From Patescibacteria group bacterium (lineage in GTDB: Bacteria; Patescibacteriota; UBA1384; CAJBMM01): a stretch of 64,000 bases of DNA. Positions 45,768 through 54,883 of this stretch are shown here, piece by piece. Below the pieces are notes generated by a model. That model saw only the letters and a program-made list of their open reading frames with translations. It was not told the origin of the DNA and made no database searches. The stretch is taken from assembly GCA_041660565.1 (NCBI GenBank), contig JBAZWC010000001.1, positions 302,481-366,480 on the forward strand. Direction: 5' to 3'. The position numbers were made by a program, and so were the translations under genes. Numbering within the stretch: position 1 is the first letter of the stretch; every line of letters starts with the position of its first letter.

Positions 45768-47400
45768 GCTTTTTCTTCCTAATCAGCCAGCCAAGCTCTT
45801 CCATATTGAACCATTTTGCCATTAAGGCGTAGCTGCCAAGGCCAACCACCGCTGCCCCAAACGCCTGAATCATAATGCCAAGAACGGTTCTGGTGCCAAA
45901 TCCTTCAAACCCAAACGGCACAATATCATTCAAATTTAACCCATTGCCAATTATGCGTAGGGTGAGCCAAGATAAGGCTCCGGAGATAATGGCGATAAAG
46001 CTGATCGGCAAAATTCGACGGTACACCTTTGTCATATCACCCCTCCACTGCGACGGTAGCCAAATAATCATTAATACCGCTTGCACCCACATTCCAAAAC
46101 TATACGCCAGAGCCAGTGATGCCACATCATAACCAGATGCATTACTAAACCAAGACAGCTGAGGCAAAACAACCGCCGCGCCCACCGTGGCCAAACAACC
46201 AATAACGCTGGCGTACATTGGTTTCTTGGTGTCTTGCAAAGCATAAAACGCCCTGGCGGTGATAAATACTACCGCCTGAGCCACGAACGAGATGCAAAAC
46301 CAAGACAATGTGTTGATAGCGCGAATAGTATCTTCCCATGAAGTATGATGGTTAAGACCAATGTATAATCGCATAATTTGAGCGCGAAGCAAGAAGACTA
46401 AAATGGTAGCGGGTATTAGTACAAATAAGCTTACACGCAAGGTGCGGAGATAATAGTGCTGGTATTTGTCATGATCTTTTTCGGCTACGGCGTCGGTGAG
46501 CGTAGGGAAAACCGCGGTAGCCATCGATGAACCGAAAATCAGCGCCGGGGTAGTTTGAAAATTATTAGCAAAGTTAAAGATAGTCCATGCACCAGCGGAC
46601 ATCGTAGCAGCAATACGAGTAAATGATAACAGTACAATTTGCATCATCCCGAGTGATAATGTGCGCGGGATCATTAGCATCACCACTTTACCCACATTTT
46701 TATCAAACATATTTACTTTTGGATTTAATCTAATGCCCACTCCAATAAGCGATGGGAGCTGAACACCAAAGTGAAGCGCTGCGCCAACCACCACCGCCCA
46801 CGCCACCGCATTGATGCCATATTTTGGTAGCAGCAATGCGCCCACAATGATAGATAGATTATAAACCAGCGGCGCTACGCTATACGTAAAGAAACGACGA
46901 TGTGCGTTTAGCACGGCGGAAACTGTGTATGATAGACAGAAAAAGAATGGCGAAAGTAGCATAATTCGCGCCAAATTGATCGTTTCGGTTTGCCGCGCCA
47001 TGGTATTGACTGCGCTGAGTGGGGTAAGTAGCGGAATAATTATAGGCATTAGAAAAAACAAAATCACCAAGGCAATGGTGACAAAAAAAGTTAGCGTTCC
47101 CAAAACCGTATTTGCCATATTAGTAGCGTCGGATTGTGATTTGTTTTTGAGCAAATCGGTATAAATTGGAATAAATGCCGATGCAATTGCACCCAGTACC
47201 AGTAGATTAAAAATTAAATCTGGGATACGAAAGGCGGTAAAATACGGATCAAGCTGAGATAAAGATTGAGCACGGTTAGACAACAAAATATCCCGCAGCA
47301 ATCCAAGAACATTGCTTAAGAACAGTGTAATGGTCAACAAAACTGTCGCAGATTTTAAGCTGTGCTCACCGTTAACTAGACCTTTTATCCGATCAACCAT
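45757..47400 (-). CDS. murJ: lipid II flippase MurJ (MviN)
   Basis: MurJ N-terminal pattern, ~14 TM. Confidence 0.8.
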   Translation of the reverse strand: MVDRIKGLVNGEHSLKSATVLLTITLFLSNVLGLLRDILLSNRAQSLSQLDPYFTAFRIPDLIFNLLVLGAIASAFIPIYTDLLKNKSQSDATNMANTVLGTLTFFVTIALVILFFLMPIIIPLLTPLSAVNTMARQTETINLARIMLLSPFFFCLSYTVSAVLNAHRRFFTYSVAPLVYNLSIIVGALLLPKYGINAVAWAVVVGAALHFGVQLPSLIGVGIRLNPKVNMFDKNVGKVVMLMIPRTLSLGMMQIVLLSFTRIAATMSAGAWTIFNFANNFQTTPALIFGSSMATAVFPTLTDAVAEKDHDKYQHYYLRTLRVSLFVLIPATILVFLLRAQIMRLYIGLNHHTSWEDTIRAINTLSWFCISFVAQAVVFITARAFYALQDTKKPMYASVIGCLATVGAAVVLPQLSWFSNASGYDVASLALAYSFGMWVQAVLMIIWLPSQWRGDMTKVYRRILPISFIAIISGALSWLTLRIIGNGLNLNDIVPFGFEGFGTRTVLGIMIQAFGAAVVGLGSYALMAKWFNMEELGWLIRKKKLEE

Positions 47401-47460
47401 TTACCCTCATACATTTTGTTGTAGTAAGATCTATTTTACCTGAAAGAGAACAAAAAGACC

Positions 47461-47555
47461 AATAAGGGGGCGTAAGGGTTGTAAGGGCAGTTGGGGGTGT
47501 CATAACCTCCCCTAACATCCCAAACTCCCCTAAACTCCCTAATCGTCCCCTCCCC
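47461..47555 (+). repeat. TTAGGG/CCCTAA palindromic element E2 (abuts ftsH stop codon)
   Basis: gtaaggg..gtaaggg..ttggggg / cccctaa..ccctaa..ccctaa. Confidence 0.7.
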
Positions 47556-49343
47556 CTAGCTAAATAGTCCTTCAAACGTAGCTCGGTCAACTGATTCTTG
47601 TTCAAGCAACAACGCTGAAAGTTTGTCTAATACAGCGCGATTTTTAGAAAGCAATTTTTTAGCCATTAATTGCGCTTCGTCCACAATTTTGTAGACCTCT
47701 TTGTCGATTTTGGCTGCCACTTCTTCGGAATAATTGCGCTGCTCTGAAATTTCGCGGCCAAGGAAGATCATCTCTTCGTGCTCACCAAAAGTACGAGGCC
47801 CAAGTTCTTTACTCATACCGTAGCGCATCACCATATCTCGGGCAATTTTGGTGGCGTTTTTCAGATCATTTGACGCACCGGTGGTCATCTCATTAAATAT
47901 CAATTCTTCAGCCACCCAGCCACCCATCATCACCACTAAATCAGCCTTAAAATGATTTTCGCTGACATAATGGCGATCGTCCAGTGGAGTGGTTAAAGTA
48001 TATCCACCAGCCATACCACGCGGAATGATGGTGATTTTTTCTACCTTGTCGGCCTCTGGCATTAGTTGCGCCAAAACGGCATGACCGCTTTCGTGATATG
48101 CAGTCATTTTGCGCTCTGCGTCGGTATAACGATGTGATTTGCGCTCAGGCCCCATGGCCACGCGCTCTACCGCTTCACGGATATAATGCTGAGTAACAAT
48201 TTTTTTACCGTCTCTAACAGCTAAGATGGCCGCTTCATTAACCACATTCTTAAGATCGGCGCCAGAGAAACCGGTAGTGATGGCAGCAATACGAGCCAAA
48301 TCAATTTCTTTTGATAACGGCTTATTTTGAGAGTGAATTTCCAAAATTGCCACGCGCTCGTCTTTATTAGGCAAATTAACCATCACCCTACGATCAAATC
48401 GTCCGGGACGAAGCAAAGCAGGATCAAGCACGTCTGGACGGTTAGTTGCGCCCATAATAATCACGTTGGCTTCGGTTTCAAACCCATCCATTTCAACCAG
48501 AATTTGGTTTAAGGTCTGTTCGCGCTCATCATGACTACCGCCTAAGCCCGAGCCACGTTGTCGCCCAATAGCGTCTAATTCATCGATAAAAACGATACAC
48601 GGAGCGTTACGCTTGGCTTTTTGAAACAGATCGCGCACGCGGCTAGCGCCAACACCCACGAACATCTCCACAAATTCGGAGGCAGACATGGCAAAAAACG
48701 GTACGCGAGCTTCGCCGGCAACCGCTTTGGCCAGCATTGTTTTACCGGTTCCGGGAGGTCCAACCAAAAGAACGCCTTTGGGAATCTCGGCGCCCATCGC
48801 CAAAAACTTGCCAGGCGAGCGCAAAAATTCCACCACTTCTTCTAGTTCTTGCTTTGGTTCTACTAAACCGGCCACATCTTTAAAACTCAAATGCTTGTTA
48901 GATTCGTACGCCTTAACCTTAGATTTACCAAAAGACATCGCTTTCATATTTGAGCCCTGAGCTTGGCGCATCATAATGTAAAAGAAACCAATAATTAATA
49001 CCACCGGCACGATGGCAGAGAGCAGAGTAATCCACAGGCCGCTATTGCTGGATGGCTGAATATCTATGCTGACTTTATCTGGAGTGATATTATAGTCTTT
49101 AAGCTGAGCCGAGCTTTCTTTTTGTGATGTTAATTGGCTACCGTTTTTAAGCGTAGCGTTGACAGTATTTTCTCCAACAACCGTAATTTGCTTAACGTTG
49201 TTATTGGTTACTTCATTCGATATTTCTGAGATTGGGACAGTTTGAGAAGTGGCTTGGCGGGGGCGTAAATAACCAAACAAAGCTATGCCCACAAACAGGG
49301 CAATAAATATATAGAGAATTTGTTTTGAACAACCTTGTTTCAA
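47556..49343 (-). CDS. ftsH: ATP-dependent zinc metalloprotease FtsH
   Basis: AAA motifs [11 protein letters not shown]; HESGH zinc site. Confidence 0.9.
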   Translation of the reverse strand: MKQGCSKQILYIFIALFVGIALFGYLRPRQATSQTVPISEISNEVTNNNVKQITVVGENTVNATLKNGSQLTSQKESSAQLKDYNITPDKVSIDIQPSSNSGLWITLLSAIVPVVLIIGFFYIMMRQAQGSNMKAMSFGKSKVKAYESNKHLSFKDVAGLVEPKQELEEVVEFLRSPGKFLAMGAEIPKGVLLVGPPGTGKTMLAKAVAGEARVPFFAMSASEFVEMFVGVGASRVRDLFQKAKRNAPCIVFIDELDAIGRQRGSGLGGSHDEREQTLNQILVEMDGFETEANVIIMGATNRPDVLDPALLRPGRFDRRVMVNLPNKDERVAILEIHSQNKPLSKEIDLARIAAITTGFSGADLKNVVNEAAILAVRDGKKIVTQHYIREAVERVAMGPERKSHRYTDAERKMTAYHESGHAVLAQLMPEADKVEKITIIPRGMAGGYTLTTPLDDRHYVSENHFKADLVVMMGGWVAEELIFNEMTTGASNDLKNATKIARDMVMRYGMSKELGPRTFGEHEEMIFLGREISEQRNYSEEVAAKIDKEVYKIVDEAQLMAKKLLSKNRAVLDKLSALLLEQESVDRATFEGLFS

Positions 49344-49409
49344 CGTATCTCCTCGATGAGTTAATTGATAATGTTTAGTTATAATAGACGTAGTGTGGGG
49401 TCATAACGT

Positions 49410-49500
49410 ATTAAGCACTAAATTCTAAGCACTAAGCACTAAATAAATCCAAAATAAAAAATTCAAAAGTTTAGAATTTAGTATTTATAATTTAGAATTT
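49410..49500. repeat. TAAGCACTAAATTC / GAATTTAG repeat cluster
   Basis: taagcactaaattctaagcactaagcactaaat...tttagaatttagtatttataatttagaattt. Confidence 0.55.
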
Positions 49501-49526
49501 ATTTGCTATCGCGAGCGATAGCAAAT
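49501..49526. repeat. perfect 12-bp-stem hairpin atttgctatcgc-ga-gcgatagcaaat abutting tRNA-Lys 3' end
   Basis: Exact palindrome. Confidence 0.6.
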
Positions 49527-49604
49527 TGGTGGGTCGTCTGGGATTCGAACCCAGGACACCCTGCTTAAAAGGCAGGTGCTCTAACCAGGCTGAGCTAACG
49601 ACCC
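49527..49604 (-). tRNA. tRNA-Lys (anticodon TTT), CCA encoded
   Basis: GGGTCGT acceptor; anticodon stem CCTGC/GCAGG, loop CTTTTAA; TTCGAAT T-loop. Confidence 0.75.
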
Positions 49605-49649
49605 TAACGATAAAGATTATAACACAAAAGAAAGGGAATTGCCAAGACC

Positions 49650-49752
49650 GTTAGGGATTTTTAGGGAGTTTAGGGTTGTTAGGGTGGTTCCTTCCCTAAT
49701 TGGTCCCCCGCTCTCCCAATCACTCCAATCTCCCTAATTCCCCCAATTGCCC
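49650..49752 (+). repeat. TTAGGG/CCCTAA palindromic element E3
   Basis: ttagggatttttagggagtttagggttgttagggtggttccttccctaat...ccctaattcccccaa. Confidence 0.75.
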
Positions 49753-49773
49753 TATTTCTGTTATAATGGCACT

Positions 49774-50919
49774 ATGAAAATACTTGTTTGCACCGAAACC
49801 TATCTTCCAACCATTAACGGCGTCGTTAACTCAATTGAACTGTTTAGGCATCAACTTGAAAAAAATGGCCATCAAGTGGATATTGTCGCCCCACACTCTG
49901 CCGCCGAAAGCTTTAAGTCTAGATCTCACGTTTTTCGCCTACCATCGCTACCTCTGATCGGGCAGCCAACGCATCCGGTAGCATGGCCAAGCAAATCCCA
50001 CATCTCAGCCATCATCAGCGAAACCAAACCAGACGTTGTCCACTGTCAAGGTATGTTTGCCTGTGGCTGGCTGGGTCTAAAAGGTGCGCAAAAGGCCAAT
50101 TTGCCACATGTTTTAACTTATCACACTCATCTTGAGGGATATTCGCACTATGCCGGGCCATTATCGTTCTTAGCCAAACCAATTATGCGCTGGTGGACTA
50201 AAAAAATGTGCAACCAATTTGATTTGGTCATCACCCCATCCCCCAGCATGGCTAAGATGCTCAAGAGTTACAAAGTCAAAACCGACATTGTAGCGCTCCC
50301 AACCGGTATTGAGCTAAAGGATTACCGTTTTAATGATAAGAAAAAATTGCGAGCAATGCTTAAATTTAACCCAGATGAGGTTTATATTTTATCCGCCGGG
50401 CGGTTATCTGAAGAAAAAAATGTCAAACAATTATTAATCGATTTTGGGCGCATTCACGTGCGCAATCCTAAAGTCAAATTATTATTAGCAGGTGATGGCC
50501 CCGAGCGCAAAGCGTATGAAACGATAGTAGAAGCTAGAGGATTGCAATCGGTGGTTACGTTTTTGGGCGCACTAAAACACGAAGATCTAATAAATTACTT
50601 TGTTGCCTGTGATATATTTGCCTTTCCATCGCTAACAGACACCCAAGGCATCGTATTAATTGAAGCGATGGCGGCCGGATGTCCCAGCGTGGTGTACGAT
50701 ATGCTAGGCCCGGGCGATATTGTTAAGCACGAGGTAAACGGGTTAAAGGCAAAAGTGGGCACGGATCAGTTTTTCCAACACTTATTTGCGCTTGTTTCAG
50801 ACCAAGATTTAAGAGAAAAAATCAGCATCGGTGGCTTAAGAGACGTTAGAAACTACTCTATCGAAAAAACCGCTGATCAATTGCAACAGATCTACGCTGT
50901 TTTATGTAAGAGGCCATAG
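49774..50919 (+). CDS. glycosyltransferase family 4 (GT-B); leaderless-looking start 5 nt after TATAAT
   Basis: GT1/GT4 C-terminal motif ...GIVLIEAMAAGCPSVV...; start MKILVCTE. Confidence 0.8.
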   Translation: MKILVCTETYLPTINGVVNSIELFRHQLEKNGHQVDIVAPHSAAESFKSRSHVFRLPSLPLIGQPTHPVAWPSKSHISAIISETKPDVVHCQGMFACGWLGLKGAQKANLPHVLTYHTHLEGYSHYAGPLSFLAKPIMRWWTKKMCNQFDLVITPSPSMAKMLKSYKVKTDIVALPTGIELKDYRFNDKKKLRAMLKFNPDEVYILSAGRLSEEKNVKQLLIDFGRIHVRNPKVKLLLAGDGPERKAYETIVEARGLQSVVTFLGALKHEDLINYFVACDIFAFPSLTDTQGIVLIEAMAAGCPSVVYDMLGPGDIVKHEVNGLKAKVGTDQFFQHLFALVSDQDLREKISIGGLRDVRNYSIEKTADQLQQIYAVLCKRP

Positions 50920-50920
50920 G

Positions 50921-51018
50921 GTGTGTTAGGGAGTTTAGGGTTGTTAGGGTGGTTCCTTCCCTAATAGGTTCTACGCTCTCCCAACATCCCTAACGTCCCT
51001 AACTACCCTAACCGTCCT
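50921..51018 (+). repeat. TTAGGG/CCCTAA palindromic element E4 (45-bp core identical to E3)
   Basis: ttagggagtttagggttgttagggtggttccttccctaat shared with E3. Confidence 0.75.
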
Positions 51019-51088
51019 TTTCCTATTGACCACAACGACTACTTATTCCATACTATACTTATAGATCAAATAATGTGGGGCAGGATAA

Positions 51089-51613
51089 ATGGGCGCAACA
51101 TCACCAAGTTGGGACGCAGTAATTGTATTAGTTTACGTTATTGGTGTTGGATATAGTCTAATTTTGCATCGAGAACGAATTGCCGGGCAAATTGCCTCGG
51201 CCTATATTTCATTGGCCGTTACCTCGGTTATCACCACTCCGGTGTATAATTTTTTACATCATAACAGCTTCTTAATGAATCAACTTTGGGTACAAAATGA
51301 CGCCACAACGCAAATGGTTTCGGGTCTGTTGTTTCTTGCTTTAACCATCATTCTTTCCAGCTTTCTGTCGGTGATACCAACCGGGCGAAAATCTGACAGC
51401 CTGTCTATGTTTGAGTCTACTTTGTTTAGCTTTTTGTGGGTAACGTTGTTAATTTCAACAATACTATCATTCCTACCGGTGGACAGATTGGTTTTATTTA
51501 GCAATCAGTCCAAACTCATCACTCTAATTTGGCAATATCACACCGCTTGGTTAATTATCCCGGCGTTTTTGTTAATTTACTCCGGCTTTAGACGCGGGAA
51601 TCTTAATTATTAG
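51089..51613 (+). CDS. hypothetical integral membrane protein
   Basis: ~5 TM helices. Confidence 0.4.
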   Translation: MGATSPSWDAVIVLVYVIGVGYSLILHRERIAGQIASAYISLAVTSVITTPVYNFLHHNSFLMNQLWVQNDATTQMVSGLLFLALTIILSSFLSVIPTGRKSDSLSMFESTLFSFLWVTLLISTILSFLPVDRLVLFSNQSKLITLIWQYHTAWLIIPAFLLIYSGFRRGNLNY

Positions 51614-51714
51614 ACCAATTAGGGAAATTAGGGTCATTTGGGACATTAGGGGTTCTTTCCCTAATAGGTTCTACACTATCCCAATCCCCCTAATCACCCC
51701 AATCTCCCAAATCG
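51612..51714 (+). repeat. TTAGGG/CCCTAA palindromic element E5
   Basis: aattagggaaattagggtcatttgggacattagggg...ccctaat...cccctaatcaccccaatctccc. Confidence 0.75.
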
Positions 51715-51760
51715 TTTTCCTGTTGTAAAAAAACTATTTTTCGTTTATAATATGGTTTAG

Positions 51761-52054
51761 GTGATTATGAACAATTTACAACTAAAGCAAATCTGTTTGG
51801 AAATTCAAAGCAATTTGCGTTGTGTACATTGTGGCAAGCCATATCAGGCTAACAATATTCACCTACGTAGCGCTTTTAAGAACAATTACTTGTTTCATTT
51901 AGTTTGTGAAAATCATAGCGCTATGGCCACCATCACCGTGGTTGGCGAAAAATCACAAAACGTCTTAAAGGTAGTTACGCCGGATGATGTAATGCAATTT
52001 AGAACTCAACTGTCCAAGTTCAAGGGTGATTTTAACAAAGTTTTTAAAAAGTAA
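51761..52054 (+). CDS. hypothetical protein (CVHCG...)
   Basis: Promoter TTGTAA-17-TATAAT and RBS AGGTGA upstream. Confidence 0.4.
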   Translation: MIMNNLQLKQICLEIQSNLRCVHCGKPYQANNIHLRSAFKNNYLFHLVCENHSAMATITVVGEKSQNVLKVVTPDDVMQFRTQLSKFKGDFNKVFKK

Positions 52055-52177
52055 TTCCTCCTCAACCGCCCTACGGGCACCTTCTCCTCCAGAGGAGAAG
52101 GGTTCCAAGGTTTTTCCCTCTCCTCCCTGAGGAGAGGGTGGCTGGAAGCCGGGTGAGGAGCCGACATAAGGAATAAT

Positions 52178-52864
52178 ATGAGCCTACAACTAAACGCAGA
52201 TACCCGCAAAATAACTGGCAAAAAAGTTAAGTCTATTAGACGTGACGGTCTAATTCCATTGGTAATGTATGGAAAAGGCTTGCCAACTCATCACCTGCAA
52301 TCCAACGCCAAACTGTTCTCCAAGTTATTTAAAGAAAGCGGTACCTCTAGCTTAGTTGATATTGCTATTGAAGACGCCAAACCAATTAAAGCTTTAATCA
52401 AATCGGTCAGCCTTGATCCGGTATCCAATGAAATTCTTCACGCTGACTTGTTACAGGTAAATATGAAAGAAAAAATCCGCACCGAAATTCCAATTGAATT
52501 TGTGGGTGATTCCAGTGTAGTTACCGAGCAAGATGGTAAATTGGTGTTCAACTTAGACGCTCTTGAGATTGAATGTTTGCCAGACGATTTGGTACCAAAC
52601 TTTGAAGTAAATGTTTCATCTCTAACTGAATTTGATCAAGCAATTCACGTATCTGACATAAAAATCCCAGACGGCATGGAAATTCTAACCGATCCGGAAT
52701 TGGTAATTGTAGTTGCGCAGGCTCCGTTAACCGAAGCTGAACTTGAAGCCGAACTAGCAGAGCCAGAAAAGACCGAGGAAGAGGCAGTCGCTGAAATGGC
52801 CGCCGAAGAACCAGCCGCCGAAGGTGAAGAATTGGGGGAAACCAAAGACGATTTGGGTAATTAG
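52178..52864 (+). CDS. rplY: ribosomal protein L25 / general stress protein Ctc with acidic C-terminal tail
   Basis: L25/Ctc fold pattern (…RRDGLIPLVMYGKG…). Confidence 0.8.
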   Translation: MSLQLNADTRKITGKKVKSIRRDGLIPLVMYGKGLPTHHLQSNAKLFSKLFKESGTSSLVDIAIEDAKPIKALIKSVSLDPVSNEILHADLLQVNMKEKIRTEIPIEFVGDSSVVTEQDGKLVFNLDALEIECLPDDLVPNFEVNVSSLTEFDQAIHVSDIKIPDGMEILTDPELVIVVAQAPLTEAELEAELAEPEKTEEEAVAEMAAEEPAAEGEELGETKDDLGN

Positions 52865-52946
52865 GGGCATTTGGGACATTAGGGTTCTTACCCTAATGAG
52901 TACCCCGCACCCCCAATCACCCTAATCTCCCTAATTCCCCAAACGT
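52855..52946 (+). repeat. TTAGGG/CCCTAA palindromic element E6 (overlaps rplY stop)
   Basis: ttaggggcatttgggacattagggttcttaccctaat...ccctaatctccctaattcccc. Confidence 0.75.
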
Positions 52947-52969
52947 TTTCTTTATGCTATATTGGCATT

Positions 52970-54736
52970 ATGAAACAAATACGCACAAACACACCCAAAA
53001 CCAAAGAAATGTCTTCTCAAATTGAGAAAATGCGCCACACTCTAAGCCACTGCTTAGCGGCTGCGGTGCTAAACTTGTATCCCAAAACCAAGCTGGGTAT
53101 AGGCCCGGTAATTGAAAACGGGTTCTATTATGATTTTCTGTTCGAATCTCCCCTATCACCCGACGATCTAATCAAAATCGAAAACGAGATGCGATCAGTT
53201 ATCAAACAAAAAATGTCTTTGCGCCAATTTAATTTGAGCCGCGATGAAGCATTGGCAAAGGAAAAAGATCAACCATTCAAATTTGAATTGATTAAAGACC
53301 TAGGCGATAAGGAATTAAGTTTTTATAGCTTGGAATCCCCCAATCAACCCAATTCTTTCGTTGACCTCTGCGCTGGGCCGCACCTTGAATCTACCGACCA
53401 AGTTGGCGCGTTTAAGCTAACCCATCTTGCCGGCGCATACTGGAAAGGTGACGAAAAAAATCAGATGCTCACCCGTATCTACGGCGTAGCGTTTGAGACC
53501 CAGGAAGAACTAGACCAATACCTCAAGCAAATCGACGAAGCCACCAAACGCGATCATCGCAAATTAGGTGTAACGCTTGATCTATTTACCTTTTCCGACC
53601 TCGTTGGTGCCGGTTTGCCATTGTGGACACCAAAAGGGACTATTGTTCGCGATTTACTTGATGATTTTGTGTGGAGTTTGCGTCGTGCTAAGGGATACGA
53701 AAAAGTGGAAATCCCCCACATCACCAAAAAAGATTTATATGTTAAAAGTGGGCACTGGGATAAGTTTAAGGACGAATTATTTAGAATTAACACCCGTGAA
53801 GGCCACGAATTTGCGATGAAGCCAATGAACTGCCCACACCACACTCAAATTTTTGCCCGCAAAAGTTGGAGCTACAAAGAAATGCCGCAACGCTACGCCA
53901 ACACTACGTTTGTGTATCGTGATGAGCAAACCGGTGAATTAAACGGACTGTCCCGCGTTAGAGCCATCACTCAAGACGATGCCCACGTGTTTTGCCGCGA
54001 AGACCAGATAAAAGACGAGATACTGGCAATCTGGGATATTGTAGATGATTTTTATGGTAAATTTGGCATCAAAACAGCTGCTCGTCTATCACTTGGCGAC
54101 CAATCTCAACCAGATAAATATCTTGGTGATGCCAAAACCTGGGATAAAATGGAAAACACGTTACGAGAAGTAGTCAAAATCAAAAAAACCACCGCATCTG
54201 AGGCTATTGGTGAAGCGGCGTTTTACGGGCCAAAAATTGACTTTATGGGTATTGATTCCTTGGGCCGAGAGTGGCAAGTGGCAACCATCCAACTGGATAT
54301 GAATATGCCAACGCGATTTGGCTTGAGTTTCACCAATGCTGACGGCCACGATGAGACCCCAATTATGATTCACGCCGCCATTATGGGCTCAATTGAACGA
54401 TTCATGTCCATTTTAATTGAACATTACGCCGGCGTATTTCCGGTCTGGCTAGCGCCGGTGCAAGCGGTGGTGGTACCAATTGCAGATCGGCATAACGGCT
54501 ATGCCACTACCATTGTCGATCAGTTAAAAGCAAGTGGAGTTCGGGTTAACCTAGACCTCAGACGTGAGACTTTGGGCAAAAGAATCCGAGATCTAGAAAT
54601 GCAAAAAGTGCCTTTTGTCTTGGTTATTGGCGATAAAGAAGTCGAATCAAAGAAAATTGCCGTCCGCTCCCGTGATGATGGCGACCTCGGAGCAAAAAGC
54701 GTAAAAGAACTTATAAAGACCAATTTTCAATTTTAA
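52970..54736 (+). CDS. thrS: threonyl-tRNA synthetase (588 aa, short N-terminus)
   Basis: Class II aaRS motifs, editing-domain HxxxH region, anticodon-binding domain. Confidence 0.9.
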   Translation: MKQIRTNTPKTKEMSSQIEKMRHTLSHCLAAAVLNLYPKTKLGIGPVIENGFYYDFLFESPLSPDDLIKIENEMRSVIKQKMSLRQFNLSRDEALAKEKDQPFKFELIKDLGDKELSFYSLESPNQPNSFVDLCAGPHLESTDQVGAFKLTHLAGAYWKGDEKNQMLTRIYGVAFETQEELDQYLKQIDEATKRDHRKLGVTLDLFTFSDLVGAGLPLWTPKGTIVRDLLDDFVWSLRRAKGYEKVEIPHITKKDLYVKSGHWDKFKDELFRINTREGHEFAMKPMNCPHHTQIFARKSWSYKEMPQRYANTTFVYRDEQTGELNGLSRVRAITQDDAHVFCREDQIKDEILAIWDIVDDFYGKFGIKTAARLSLGDQSQPDKYLGDAKTWDKMENTLREVVKIKKTTASEAIGEAAFYGPKIDFMGIDSLGREWQVATIQLDMNMPTRFGLSFTNADGHDETPIMIHAAIMGSIERFMSILIEHYAGVFPVWLAPVQAVVVPIADRHNGYATTIVDQLKASGVRVNLDLRRETLGKRIRDLEMQKVPFVLVIGDKEVESKKIAVRSRDDGDLGAKSVKELIKTNFQF

Positions 54737-54775
54737 ATTTCCAATTTTTAATGAAAAGATAGCCAATTTTTAAAT

Positions 54776-54838
54776 GACTAAATAAGGAACCATTTAAAAT
54801 TTAATCATTCGGTACTCATTCATTAATAATTTAAAATT
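54776..54838. repeat. ~65-bp repeat, inverted partner of 39541-39610
   Basis: See 39541. Confidence 0.6.
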
Positions 54839-54883
54839 ATTATTGTCTCCCAATTAATCCCATCAATCCAATTGAGAATAACT

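Noticed and set aside
47393-47605. 70-aa ORF spanning murJ start, TTAGGG element E2 and ftsH end
   Set aside because: It is the translation of the palindromic element and neighbouring gene ends, with no independent signals.
49527-49604. tRNA initially read with anticodon TTA (would be an ochre-suppressor)
   Set aside because: Correct stem assignment (CCTGC / GCAGG) gives loop CTTTTAA, that is anticodon TTT (Lys). It is not a suppressor.
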